Under the pieces are notes generated by a model, which saw only the letters and a list, made by a program, of their open reading frames with translations, ran no database searches and had not been told where the DNA came from. From Vicugna vicugna (Eukaryota), in the NCBI GenBank assembly GCA_013265495.1, contig MU061560.1, forward strand, positions 310,001-374,000: 64,000 bases of DNA, written 5' to 3'. Made by a program: the position numbers and the translations under genes. Below, one piece after another: positions 14,097 to 25,550 of this stretch. Numbering within the stretch: the stretch's first letter is position 1; every line of letters starts with the position of its first letter.

Positions 14097-14370
14097 TGTA
14101 GGGCTGGAAAACTTTCCTTCTTCCCTTGTAAGTTCATTGGCTGGTCTTATCATTAAATTGACATAAGACAGATTAACAGAAGAAAACTGTAAGGGAGCCC
14201 CATAAAAATGTGAGACTCCCCAGCAGCCAAGTAATCAAGGCTTATGTACCATTCCGAGCTAAGAGGGCGGAGGTAGGGGTCTGGAGCTTCAAAGGGGAGG
14301 AAGACAATTCACAGAAAATGAGAAGAGCAGGTGTTTGGCAAACAAATGTTGGCCACGCTATGCAGACAGG
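14097..14370 (-). mobile_element. ERV1-type LTR fragment, interrupted by poly(T), the gap and an L1
   Basis: aaaactttccttc...ggctggtc...attaaattgacataagacagattaacagaagaaaa, homologous to the start of 16201-16750. Confidence 0.7.
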
Positions 14371-14402
14371 TTTTTTTTTTTTTTTTTTTTTTTATTTTAA
14401 AA

Positions 14403-14717
14403 NNNNNNNNNNNNNNNNNNNNNNNNNNNNNNNNNNNNNNNNNNNNNNNNNNNNNNNNNNNNNNNNNNNNNNNNNNNNNNNNNNNNNNNNNNNNNNNNNN
14501 NNNNNNNNNNNNNNNNNNNNNNNNNNNNNNNNNNNNNNNNNNNNNNNNNNNNNNNNNNNNNNNNNNNNNNNNNNNNNNNNNNNNNNNNNNNNNNNNNNNN
14601 NNNNNNNNNNNNNNNNNNNNNNNNNNNNNNNNNNNNNNNNNNNNNNNNNNNNNNNNNNNNNNNNNNNNNNNNNNNNNNNNNNNNNNNNNNNNNNNNNNNN
14701 NNNNNNNNNNNNNNNNN
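14403..14717. other. Assembly gap (315 N) flanked on both sides by poly(T)
   Basis: Run of N directly visible in the sequence. Confidence 1.
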
Positions 14718-15420
14718 TTTTTTTTTTTTTTTTGTAATTGAAACATAGTCAGTTTACAATGTTGTGTCACTTTCTGGTGTACAGTATAATGATTCAGTTG
14801 TACATATACATATATTCGTCTTCATATTCTTTTTCATTATAGGTTATTACAAGATATTGAATCTAGTTCCCTGTGCTGTACAGTATGAACATTTTAATCT
14901 ATTTTTTACACAGTAGTTACTATCTGCAAATCTCGAACTCCCAATTTATCCCTTCCTACCCCTTTCCCCACCACTGGTAACCATAAGTTTGTTTTCTATG
15001 TCTGTGAATCTGTTTCTGTTTTGTAAATAAATTCATTTGTCTGTCTGGGTTTTTTTCTTTCGATTCCACATATAAGTGATATCATGGTATTTTTCTGTCT
15101 CTTTCTGCCTTACTTCACTTAGAATGATGATCTCCAGGTCCATCCATGTTGCTGCAAGTGGCATTATTTTATTATTTTTAATGGCTGAGTAGTATTCCAT
15201 TGTGTAAATATACCACAACTTCTTTATCCAGTCATCTGTCGATGGACATTTAGGTGGTTTCCCTGTCTTGGCTATTGTAAATAGTGCTGCTATGAACATT
15301 GGGGTGCATGTATCATTTTGAATTAAAGTTCCCTCTGGATATATGCCCAGGAGTGGGACTGCTGGATCACATGGTAAGTCTATTTTTAGTCTTTAAAGGA
15401 GTCTCCATTCTGTTTTCCGT
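14718..15420 (-). mobile_element. 5'-truncated LINE-1 (3' UTR plus end of ORF2)
   Basis: Minus ORF 15033-15299 MFIAALFTIAKTGKPPKCPSTDDWIKKLWYIYTMEYYSAIKNNKIMP matches the L1 ORF2 C-terminus; poly(T) tail at 14718. Confidence 0.95.
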
Positions 15421-15589
15421 TTTTTCGTAAGGAGCAGCACAAATTCCTTTGTGAGCAAAATTTTCATATCACATCTTAGTTCTTGCGGGATCATGAAATA
15501 TCATCATTGCTTTGAAATTACAGTTATTTCTTAAATCTGCCACTCGGTCTGATTACACATTCCATTAATAAAGAAGCACATGTCTTAAC

Positions 15590-16040
15590 TGTATCAGTTA
15601 TGTGTTAAGGTGTAGCAAATTGCCCCAAATATTAAGGGCTTAAAATAATACCCATGATCCTATGGATCAGATATTTGAGCTGTACTCAGCTGGGTGTACC
15701 TTACAGACTAGCCTGGGGCCACTCCTGTGGCGCCGTCATCTGGCAGCTCAGCTGAACCAAATAGTTCGGCACGTCTCAGTCCGGCGCCGGGCAGCCGGTG
15801 CGGACTGGGGGCTGGGCCCGGGCTCCAGCAGGCTGGCTGGGCCTTCTTCATGGGTGGCCTTGTTCCAAGAAAGAGCAAGCGCTTCAAGGCTTCTGGGGAC
15901 TGAGGCTTCCCCTGCGTTCTGTGGGTCGCAGCAAGTCAGAGGCCAGTTCAGAGTCGGTTTGAGCAGAAACTCCACAGCGTGTGACCACAGAGAAGTGTGA
16001 TTAACTGGGGGCCACTACTGTAACCATCTCCCTGATTGCC
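15590..16040 (-). mobile_element. MaLR/ERVL LTR remnant (MLT1F-H or MLT2-like)
   Basis: tgtagcaaattgccccaaa...ggcttaaaataata...ggatcagatatttg...ctcagctggg...catgggtggcct...gcaagtcagaggccagttcaga...ggggccactactgtaac. Confidence 0.6.
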
Positions 16041-16109
16041 ATATCATAGTCTTAAAAAATATTGTATTAGCTTAATTGTAACATAATCAATGTCCTTGGT
16101 AATCCTGTC

Positions 16110-16181
16110 TTTTTTTTTAACATTTTTTTATTGAGTTATAGTCATTTTACAATGTTGTGTCAAATTCCAGCGTAGAGCACA
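16110..16181 (-). mobile_element. Extremely truncated (72 bp) LINE-1 3' end
   Basis: T tail plus ttgagttatagtcattttacaatgttgtgtcaaattccag; perfect 11-bp TSD gtaatcctgtc (16099-16109 / 16182-16192). Confidence 0.85.
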
Positions 16182-16200
16182 GTAATCCTGTCCTTCCCAC

Positions 16201-16750
16201 TGAAAGGGAGGAAAATTTCCTTCCACCCTCTTCGGTTCTGTGACTGGAACTAAGAATTAAACTGACATAAAACAGATTAACGGGGGAAAAAAGCTTGCAG
16301 ATTTATTTAATTTTTTTACTTGTACATGGGAGCCTTCAAAGGGAAAAGGAAGAGCAGAAAAGGTCATTAAGGCCCCAAGGCTTATGTAGCTTTTTACGCA
16401 AAGAATGATAAATCCCGGGGCTGTGACAAGACAAAGGGGCTTGGGTGACGGGCAGTGTATTGTGGGACAGTGAGGAGGAACTATGTGTGGGAAACCAAGT
16501 AAGGTTATTTTAGCAGGTCTGTCTGTCTGGGTCATTTTGGCATAGACTACCCATCTCTGGTGATGAGAACGTTATCTTCCTGGTCCGGGGGGCACCTCTC
16601 TCCAGGGAAATTTCATGTCCTGTTTTTAGGTAGAAAGGAGGAGGGAAGAGAGGCCTTCCTCCCTCTGCTATTTCTCAAGTGCTTTCAGCTCAAAACGGTC
16701 AATGTACCAAACTGGCATATTTTGGCCTGGGAGGTTCTGAACCCTTTCGA
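16201..16750 (-). mobile_element. Solo ERV1-type LTR
   Basis: Begins tgaaaggga and ends aacccctttcga; minus-strand AATAAA at 16302-16307; attaaactgacataaaacagattaac shared with the elements at 14097 and 27590. Confidence 0.75.
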
Positions 16751-16918
16751 TGTCCCTTAGAATATTATTCTGAGAAGAGGTCCATTGGCTTCACCAGGTG
16801 GTCAGAAAGGGCCATGGCACAAATGGGGTTAAAGACCCCTGATCTGGAGGCAAGGAATTGTGGGAGGTGGGATGCAAACGCCTGAGGGCTGGAGCCACTG
16901 GCAGGCCCACCACGGGGA

Positions 16919-16963
16919 GGGAGCAGAGGGGATCTCTGTGTGGGAGCAGAGGGGATCTCTGTG
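16919..16963 (+). repeat. Perfect tandem duplication, 23-bp period
   Basis: gggagcagaggggatctctgtg occurs at 16919-16940 and again at 16942-16963. Confidence 0.9.
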
Positions 16964-17322
16964 GCTGCAGCTGGGTGACTGAGGCCAGAGTGGCTGGACC
17001 AAGGCAGTTGGAAGACTTTGAAACTTGCAGAGGGGACCTCCCCACCAGCCCTGAGTATGGAAAGTTGGTATTGTATGCATACTAACTTTATTTTATGTTT
17101 CATAATACATTGTGGCTATCTTTCCATTCTAGTGCATAAAGCCTTTTTCTCTTGTTCTTTTTAATAATTTTATAATGCTCCACTAAGAGATGCATGATCG
17201 TTTATTTCACTGATCCTCCATTAGCAAACATATAGATTGTTTCCAATTTTTTGTGTCCCTATACCTGGATTTCTTTTTCTTCTTCATTTACCTCTGAGAA
17301 AATTTACTTAAAGATTTTTAGT

Positions 17323-17460
17323 GGGGAGAGGGTATAGCTCAGTGGTAGAGTGTGTGCTTAGTATGTAAGAGGTCCTGGGTTCAATTCCCAGTACCGCCAT
17401 TAACATCAATCATCAAATTACCTCCCCCCTCCACCACCAAAAAAAAAAACTAAGAAAAAA
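17323..17460 (+). mobile_element. tRNA-derived SINE (camelid Vic-1-like)
   Basis: ggggagagggtatagctcagtggtagag (box A), gggttcaattcccagtacc (box B), aattacctccccc and A tail. Confidence 0.9.
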
Positions 17461-17676
17461 AGAATGACTTTTAGGTGTAAAATTGCTAGATTATGTTATG
17501 TGTATGCACTTTTAAAGTTTGATCGAGATCACTAAATTGCCGTTCAAAAAAGGTGGTACCGATTTATAATCCATGAGATGTTTTTTATTATGTTTTAACT
17601 GCCAAGACTTCATTCTACACTTCACAAAATCTAGGATAAGAATGTTTTGTATTGACTATTTATTCTTTCGTTGCAG

Positions 17677-17829
17677 AACAATGAGATGTTGGAGCTACAG
17701 AGAATACGGATGAAGGATGAAATACGAGAATACAAGTTCCGGGAGGCCCGCCTCCTTCAGGACTACACCGAATTAGAAGAAGAGAACATCACGTTGCAGA
17801 AGCTGGTGTCCACGTTAAAGCAGAACCAG
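17677..17829 (+). CDS. BICD1: BICD1 internal coding exon (human exon 3 equivalent), coiled-coil 1 region, 153 bp, phase 0-0
   Basis: Acceptor tattctttcgttgcag|AAC and donor CAG|gtaagg. Translates [51 protein letters not shown], recognisable Bicaudal-D sequence. Confidence 0.97.
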
Positions 17830-18777
17830 GTAAGGTTTAAAAAGTTTTTTGGCGACACTCCAGATAGATCCACACCTTCTGACCCCTGAGGTTAAATCTT
17901 CTCTAGGAAGGAAACTCGAAATTTGCTTCCATCTCCATATATTATTTATATGCTAAACTTTCCCAGCCGTCTTATTTCAGCTAAAATGTAGAAGGCAAAC
18001 CTAGAAGTAGTATAAATACCAGTAAAGCTTTATTGGATAAGAAAACATTTTCTTTATACTTTAGCTCTATATTAATTTATGTTTGGAGGAAGCTAAATGT
18101 ATTGTAACCAGTTTAACCTGAGACTTATTAAAAGCCTGAGTTTATAAGCTTGTTTTGTGCGACAAGCTTAAGCTTTCCCTGCGATCTCAATTAGCCTCTC
18201 CCTCTCTCTCCCCACCTCTCTTTCTCTCTCTCATTTAAATTGTTTTCAAACCATACAGGGAAAGGGATTATGAAATATAAAGTGGTAAGAACAACGTTAT
18301 ACAAAAGAAAATTCCTGTTTTCTTTATTCTGCTGTGACCTGACTAGAAAGAGTACATGTGTACATTTAAATAATCTGGGGGGCAGTGAGGCTTAGACAGC
18401 TTAACCGTGTAATTTTCCCGATCGGTTTGCCCTGGGGTTTGTTATAGTCACTAGTAAGAGCACTCTTGAATCTGTGCTTTTAGTAGAATTGACTTGTGAA
18501 TACAATTCATAGGTTGTTCAGCAAAGGTGAACTGGATTTCAAGGTCTTTCCAACGTGGTTCCTCAACCACAACCCTGTTTTGGTCTAAACACCATTACAA
18601 CCTCTCAGGTTAGGTCAAGAAACTGTGCCAGGCACCATGCTAGGCACCGTGCTAGGCTAGAGAGGTACCAGAATCCGTAAGGCAGGATTCTTGCTTTCAA
18701 TAAACTTAGAGGCCAGCCCAGATGTGTGCCTTCACTTCCTCTCCCTCTCAAGTTGGTATCTCCATCCAGAGCTGTTT

Positions 18778-19149
18778 CAGTTGACCCTTCGTATCTATGG
18801 GTTCACAGATTCAGCCAACCATGGATTAAAAAAAAGAAAAAGAAAAAAAGAAAGAAGGAAAGAAGGGAGGGAGGGAGAGGGAGGGAAGAAAGGAGAAAAG
18901 AAAAAAAGAAAAATTTTAGAAAACTCCAAAAAGCAAAACTTGAATTTGCCTAACACTGGCAATATTTACATAGCATTTACATTGCATTAAGTGTTATAAG
19001 TCATCTAACCATGATTTAAAGATGTGCCAATGTGCGTAAGTTATATGCAAATACCACACCGCTGTATACGAGGGACTTGAGCATCCACGGACTTTGGTGA
19101 CTGCTGGGGCTCCTGGAACCGATCCCTCAAGGATACTGAGGGGCAACCA
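18778..19149. mobile_element. MER2-like Tigger-family MITE with an internal purine-rich microsatellite (18828-18912)
   Basis: Terminal inverted similarity cagttgacccttcgtatct / ggatactgaggggcaacc; internal aagcaaaacttgaatttgcc, gttatatgcaaatacc and agggacttgagcatcc. Confidence 0.85.
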
Positions 19150-19487
19150 TGTGGTTTTGATACATATAAAGATAAAGAGGGGAAAGGAAAAATTCAGAAA
19201 AAAAGAAATCTATGTACTGGCACAACTGAAATCTGATTTCTTGATCGTTGTCACTCCGCCCAGCTCTGCAGGGTTGGGAAGCAAGCTGTCTGCTAAGGAG
19301 TGTGGGGGTTAGTTTCAGACAATTAAAGGAGGATTACCAGGATGTCCCATGTGTTTGTACCTTGAAGCACTGAATCACTGTGTGCATGCCGAGGGCTGGT
19401 GGTACTGTGGGGTCCCAGGTCATGATTTGGTTGTGATCAGTGACCTCACAGTGGAGAAAATTAGATTTTTAAAAAGAAATGCTTCTC

Positions 19488-19619
19488 GGGGCGGGGAGGG
19501 TATAGGCAAGTGGTAGAGCACATGCTTAGCATCATGAGGTCCTGGGTTCAATCCCCAGTTCCTCCTCTAAAAATAAAGTAAATAAGCCGGATTACCTCCC
19601 TCTCCCCACTTAAAAAAAA
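19488..19619 (+). mobile_element. tRNA-derived SINE (Vic-1-like)
   Basis: ggggagggtataggcaagtggtagagcacatgcttagc...cctgggttcaatccccag, A tail, and a degenerate TSD ending tgcttc. Confidence 0.9.
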
Positions 19620-20629
19620 TAGTGCTTCCTGGAAATGTCTTGAAATGAGAAGGGTATTTTTTGTGTTTGTTTTTGTGGTCGCTGATGAAGAATGTACAGG
19701 ACTTGAAGCAAGTTTACTTCAAGGGCAAACATTTAAAGTGGGCATTACTCCTGACTCCTACAGATCGTCCGTGCCCTGGGCACAGGCAGGAGTGCGGCCA
19801 GACAGCCTCCCACCTGCGCTGCACGTGCTAGACCCATTGGCTCGGGAAGCCCATGTAGGCCAGTAGTAGGTATTGTTGACAGACTGCCGAGGTATCCCGT
19901 GAGTATTCATCGCCCAGCTGCCCCGCCGGCGGGAATTCGTGCCATCAGGCTGGCTCGTTACTGTTTATGGCTTACTCATGCCCTCCCACCAGTCACTGAA
20001 ACGTGGAAATCAAATGTTTAACTCAGAAGGTTGAAAAAAACAGACAGGAAAATGTATACATCTCTTTAATTCTGTTTTTTAGGTGCAATATGGTAATTTT
20101 CCCAATTAAGGGTCTAATTAATTAATTTGAAATCATTTCCTATACCAAGGGCTGTTCTGGCTTATTCCCTGACAAATGGGCGCACTGCGGTGTCACAGGC
20201 CTCTCCCAGTTACGCAAATGCCGGGGTTTGGTTCCCTTTTTTTCCTGCTGTTGGTCTTTATTCATAGGATTCAGCATCTATCATAAACTCTCTTCCTAAT
20301 TAACTAAGTATGAAGTATAATGTTTTATGTACCAATGCCACAATTTTTTTTTAAAAAGATATGACAGTGGCTGGTTTTCAGTCTCAAAATTGGTCTGAAT
20401 GTTGCTTTGTGCTGAAGCCCCCTGGACAAAGCGTGCTCTCCCGTCTGGTGTGAGGTTTCTCTAAACAGCAAAACTACCCAGATTGTAAAATGCTTAGTTC
20501 AAAGAACTAGAACATTCTCTTCCCCTGAAGTTCCATTTTCCTTGTAACTGTTTATTGATTATTTTCCAAATAATTGTCTACATACCACTTTTTACTGCCT
20601 ATATAGCTCCTATAGATTAGTTTGTTTCC

Positions 20630-20716
20630 ATCTCTTTTTGCTAAATTATGACACCTAGAACACAGCCTGGCCTATAGTAGGCATTAAATAAATATTTGTT
20701 GAAACAATGAATAAAT
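20630..20716 (+). mobile_element. LINE-2 3' terminal fragment
   Basis: cacctagaacacagcctggcctatagtaggcattaaataaatatttgttgaaacaatgaat. Confidence 0.65.
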
Positions 20717-20771
20717 CTTTTCCTTTATAATTCAACTGAGAAGGAAACTAAAATTTAAGATGATTATAATT

Positions 20772-20870
20772 AGGGAAGGGTAGGCACTGCTCAGTGGTAG
20801 AGCGCATGCCTAGCATGCATGAGGTCCTGGGTTCAATAACCAGGTACCTCCATTAAAATTTTTTTTAAAT
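20772..20870 (+). mobile_element. tRNA-derived SINE (Vic-1-like), short form
   Basis: gctcagtggtagagcgcatgcctagcatgcatgaggtcctgggttcaa; imperfect TSD aagatgattataatta / aagattattctaatta. Confidence 0.88.
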
Positions 20871-21789
20871 TAAGATTATTCTAATTAACCATACCAATTG
20901 TTATTTGTGATCCTAAGTATGAAATGCGTGGAACCTCAAAGAATTGACTCTGAACACTTTAGCCACATTCCTCTGTGTGCTGATTTGGTTCTGTGACCCA
21001 GCCTTTTAAGTAACGTTTTATACCTTTATACTTTTTCAAACCAATATATCTGAAAGAAGTACAGTAAACAGCAGCAGCCATAAGAAGAAGTCAACTCTCA
21101 GTTCCCCAACAGACCACCAGAAAAACCTGCTGATGAAGCAAAGCTGTTTCTCAGCTCTCGCAGTAAGAGACCACCTCGACAGCGCGCTAGTAGTGTCTCG
21201 AATTGGGGTATCTACAGGAAGGATGTTCATAGAATTTTTTAGGCTCTGGACTGGATGATTTTAAGGTGGGTCTTGCACGGTGGGAAACTGGTTGGGATAG
21301 ACAGGGTTTTTGACATCATGGCTTTGAGTTGAGAGGCACAACAAAGGGAGGCTCTTGATGCGAGTCTTGGGTAAGCTACTGTAGTTCAGTCTCATCTTCC
21401 AGGAGCAAGTATTTCCCACAAGCAACTAAGTTTTTTATGCCAAGTCCCACTATCGGTTACCACAGGGGCAGGACATTTTGCCTGGTTCCAGTGTTACTTA
21501 ACCTGGGGCAGGAAATCATGTTAGTTTCAGTTTTTTAGAGTTGAGATGGTGGGAGGAAGGGAGAAGTAATAAATTTCATGTCTCTAGTATCTCATATATT
21601 GAACTAAAGCACTCAATATTTGTTATCTAAGCACTGAAAAACCCTAGTTTTCAATTAACAATTCAACTGTATTTTTATTTTGAAGAATATTTCCTCTAGG
21701 AATTTATTTCTGTATCAGATAATAATATCATAGGGGACCCTGGGGGATCAATTCAGTTTGATTTCATTTAACCAGTGTTTCAGGGGTCT

Positions 21790-22052
21790 CTTTCTTTTTT
21801 CTTTTTTTTAAGTATAGTCAATTACAATGTGTCGATTTCTGGTGTACAGCATAATGTTTGTATACATATACATACATATCATACATATACATACATATAT
21901 TCATTTCCATATTCTTTTTCATTATAAGTTGCCAAGATGTTGAATATAGTTCCCTGTGCTATAGAAAAGAAATTTGTTTTTTACCTGTTTTATGTATAGT
22001 AGTTAGTATTTGCACATGTTGAACTCCCAATTAATTTATTCCTCCCCACCCC
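21790..22052 (-). mobile_element. LINE-1 3' end fragment
   Basis: gtatagtcaattacaatgtgtcgatttctggtgtacagcataatg...atagttccctgtgctata...aactcccaatt. Confidence 0.87.
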
Positions 22053-23296
22053 AGGAGTATCCTTCTACGAGGCCATGTACTTTTTGAAGGACAAAAGACA
22101 TGATCACTGGCCCCAGGAGCTTCAAGTCCCAGTAGGGAAGGCAGGTGGTAAATTTAGCTATCCATGTAATTGAGTATTAAAGCTATGTGTTAGGTGTGGC
22201 ACTACAGGTGCAGAATGAGATCTTTAGCATTCCTAAACTCTGAAAAGATTGTGTACCTATCTCCAGCCCTCATGTAGTTAAAAATAAAAAGAATTACTAA
22301 ACTCCGAAGTTGCTATAAGGAATCCCAACAAAGTACTGATTTTTCTCATGGTGTCTACTTTGATGCTGTCTTTAAGATACCAAACACCACCCTTTAAGTG
22401 CCTTCTCATTCTGTTTCTTGGGGCTCTAGTCATGATGCAGCCCGGCAGTGATGACACGAGAAGGGAGTAACTGACATTGTTACACTTTTTTCTAGTTTAT
22501 TTTTTCATTCACAATTGTTTACTCAGCAGATGCTTACTAAGAGCAGAATTCTGTTGAAACACTACGAAGGAACATCGAAGCACTCTGAGGCACACCTCGG
22601 TGCATAAAAAGTATTTCCTCTAAGCAACTGTGGATATAAAATATTTATTGAAAGGTGGCATGTGGTACCATGGAAAAGCCTCCAAGCAAAGCATGTGGAC
22701 TCAGAGTAGAGATCCGTCTCACCTGTGGACTTTCACAACCAAGAGGGCGTTTGAACAGACCCTTATTTGGTTGTAACTGGAAAGAGTATTATATTGATAA
22801 CAGTATATCTGTATTTTTTCCCTTAAAAATCGCCTTTGTTACCACCCCTACAGAACACCTGTTGTTAACATTTTGTTAAATGTCCAGTTGATCTCTTGTA
22901 TTGCATACTTGCAATAATACATTCCTTTTTCACTCAAAGTGATATTCATTTCCTGTGTCATTACAAACCCACTGGTGATACTGTTTTTGATAACTAGGGT
23001 TCTGTCATGTTACTCAGAAATTATCTGTTCAAGGGAATATGGCTATGCTTTAAAAAAAATTATTTCTTAGAGATAGATCCCAAAGTATGTGATACCCAGG
23101 AGTTAAAATAATCCAGCTACGGGAGTGAATGGAAATACGGATGAAAGGACGGTGGCCAGGAATTGATGATTGCTGAAGCTGAGTGGTGGACACTTGGGGC
23201 TCATTGAGCTCTTCTTGCTGCTGGGTATTTTCGTATTACCCACAGTATAAAGTTTTTTTTTTTAAAGGAAAACATCTCATCATGTGATTGTAGATG

Positions 23297-23660
23297 TGTG
23301 TGGCAGATTTAGATTGTTCTTCTCAATTCTTTACTCTCTCCCTCTGCCGCATCACCTGGCAGTGCCCTGGGAGGGGCAGGGTAAATTGGCCGGCTCCACT
23401 AATGGAGGTCTTGGTCACGTGACTCTCTCTGACCAGTGGAAGGTTAGCAGACCCGATGGTGTGCAGATTTCAGGCATGCTTGCCTGGTTTGACTAATCCC
23501 CTTACCCTCCTGTATCATCATGAGAAAAACATGCTCCAGGAAGTGTGACCCTTCAGTTTGGTCCCAAAACAAAAGATGGGCAGCAGACTTGACCACAGTC
23601 TGAAGCCTGATGCCAAGTCTGTCCAACCTGCAGCATGAAGCTCCTGGGGCTGGCACACAG
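23297..23660 (+). mobile_element. MaLR LTR remnant (MLT1-like)
   Basis: tgtggcagatt...ggtcttggtcacgtgactctctctgaccagtggaaggttagcaga...catgagaaaaacatgc...cttcagtttggtccca. Confidence 0.6.
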
Positions 23661-23662
23661 TC

Positions 23663-23832
23663 ACCCGATCACGTGGGGATCTTTCTTGCAGCTCTGGTTG
23701 TGTAAGAGATCTGCTGCCAGTTTCCAGTGGGTTTTCTGTGAGAATTCTTCCACATGGAGATGTATTTCTGACGTGTTTGTTGGGAGGAAGTGAGCTCCAC
23801 GTCCTCCTACTCTGCCATCCTGACCCACCTCC
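23663..23832 (-). mobile_element. Isolated LINE-1 5' terminal (promoter) fragment
   Basis: Reverse complement reads ggaggtgggtcaggatggcagagtaggaggacgtggagctcacttcctcccaacaaacacgtcagaaatacatctccatgtggaagaattctcacagaaaacc, which resembles an artiodactyl L1 5' UTR start with a YY1-like site. Confidence 0.7.
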
Positions 23833-24357
23833 ATGCGTTTTTTTAATTTTTGCCTAATTGGTAGTTATTCCAGATTCTGTCCTTAAGGGCGTGAAGTTTG
23901 CTTTCTCATCTTACTCCCAAACATGTTTTATTGTGATTATATTCTTATTGTGATCTTACAATTAACTTAGCCCTGAGTATAAAAATTTCCTCATTATTAA
24001 TAATTAAATAAAGTAATAGTGATGATAAACTTTTCTTGGATTGTGAATAATTTGATAAACTATTACAAAAATATTCTTGATTTATTAGGCAAACCGTGCC
24101 CTCTTTTGACCATTGGACCCCATAAAAGAAGTCCTAAGAGAGTTCCTTTTTCATCTCTGCTAGGAATTGAATTTATATATATATGGATATATAGTATCTG
24201 AAGAAACCATCCTGTTACCCTAGCAGTGTATTTCCATGTACTTTATAGATTTATTTTGTAGACGTCTAATTTTTTCATGTCCACTGGCGTGTTTAATGGC
24301 AGTTTTGTCAGACCCAAATTTTAGTTTTATGAATCTTCTTTATCCTGTCTGATTCAG

Positions 24358-24783
24358 GTCGAATATGAAGGCTTAAAGCATGAGATTAAGCGGTTTGAGG
24401 AGGAGACAGTTCTGCTCAACAGCCAGCTGGAAGATGCCATCCGGCTGAAGGAGATCGCCGAGCACCAGCTGGAGGAAGCCCTGGAGACCTTAAAAAATGA
24501 GAGGGAGCAGAAAAATAGCCTGCGGAAGGAGCTCTCGCAGTACATCACCCTCGGCGACAACCACATCGGCATCTCGGTAGATGGACTCAAGTTTGCTGAG
24601 GATGGGGCTGAACCGAACAACGATGACAAAATGAACGGGCACATCCACGCGCCCCTCGTGAAGCTGAACGGAGACTATCGGACTCCCACTTTAAGGAAAG
24701 GAGAGGCCCTGCACCCTGTTTCTGACTTATTCAGTGAGCTGAACATTTCAGAAATACAGAAATTGAAGCAGCAGCTCATGCAG
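24358..24783 (+). CDS. BICD1: BICD1 internal coding exon (exon 4 equivalent), 426 bp, phase 0-0, includes Spindly-like motif DLFSEL (24724-24741)
   Basis: Acceptor tcctgtctgattcag|GTC and donor CAG|gtaaga. Open frame [50 protein letters not shown]...[22 protein letters not shown]. Confidence 0.97.
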
Positions 24784-25407
24784 GTAAGAAGTTGGTTTAG
24801 GGCTGCGAGAATGAATTTTTTTGTAGATTGCGTGTAGTGTGTTGTGGGATTTCTTATTGTCACGTCTTAGTTCTGGATTATTTTTTAAAATAGTGCTTCT
24901 GTAAGTAGCAACTTTGAAAGTACAGTATTTTAGAAACACACAAGAAAAGAGGTGGTGAAGAGAAATCTCTCATTTGCATTGCTTTACAAAATTCATCTCT
25001 TAGAGCCACAAGATAGATGGCGATCAGGTGTGAGGGGAGAAAAGACAGTATCTTGATGCATTTCTGAAAAAGGAATTCAAAAGCTTTCCATACAAGGCAG
25101 AAAATGAAGTCTTCCATCACAGGCAACTCTACGTATGGCTCTAAGATTAATCGTCAACGCTTCACAGCAATACTTTGGGCTTTAAAAGACACGAAGGGCT
25201 TTCTATATACAAACCAGCCAGGAGAGTGTGATTGCAAATACAGAACAGGTGTAAACCTGAAACTAATGAGTTCTTATTCCAGCATGAGCTAAACCTTAAA
25301 TTTTAAGCTTCTTCAAATCAAGTATCTTGTGGGGAGTCCCGGCCTTTAAGCTTATCTCGCGGTGAAATGACTTTCCAGGGCAGAGTTTGCCTCCGAGACA
25401 TTTCATC

Positions 25408-25550
25408 CAGTGCTGATGGAAACACTGTCTGAGGACCAGCATCCCTGCCACCACTACCACCTGGGGCTTCTGAGGACGGCAAATTGTTGGACTCCACACA
25501 GATCTCCTGAGCCAGGAATCTGGTTCAACAAGCTTGTTAGTTGATCACAT
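25408..25550. mobile_element. MER5-like hAT MITE remnant
   Basis: gaccagcatc...cacctggggctt...gcaaattgttggactccac..agatctcctgag..aggaatctg..ttcaacaagc. Confidence 0.5.

Larger units (their letters stand above)
15475..16845. mobile_element. hAT-Charlie-like DNA transposon remnant split into pieces by younger insertions
   Basis: Fragments at about 15475-15590, 16050-16109 and 16755-16845; the last, ttctgagaagaggtccattggcttcaccag...ggccatggcacaaatggggttaaagacccctg, resembles a Charlie terminal segment. Confidence 0.5.

Noticed and set aside
14210..14770. Long ORFs of 136-175 aa across this interval
   Set aside because: Artefacts of translating through the N gap.
17323..17400. tRNA-Ala-like genes (this copy and eight similar ones)
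   Set aside because: They have decayed stems, SINE-specific tails and TSDs, so they are SINEs and not functional tRNAs.
18691..18990. Lys/Arg/Glu-rich ORFs
   Set aside because: They are translations of a purine microsatellite inside a MER2-like element.
21065..21530. Possible ancient LTR remnant
   Set aside because: Some LTR-like phrases, but I could not define termini or a family well enough to list it as a feature.
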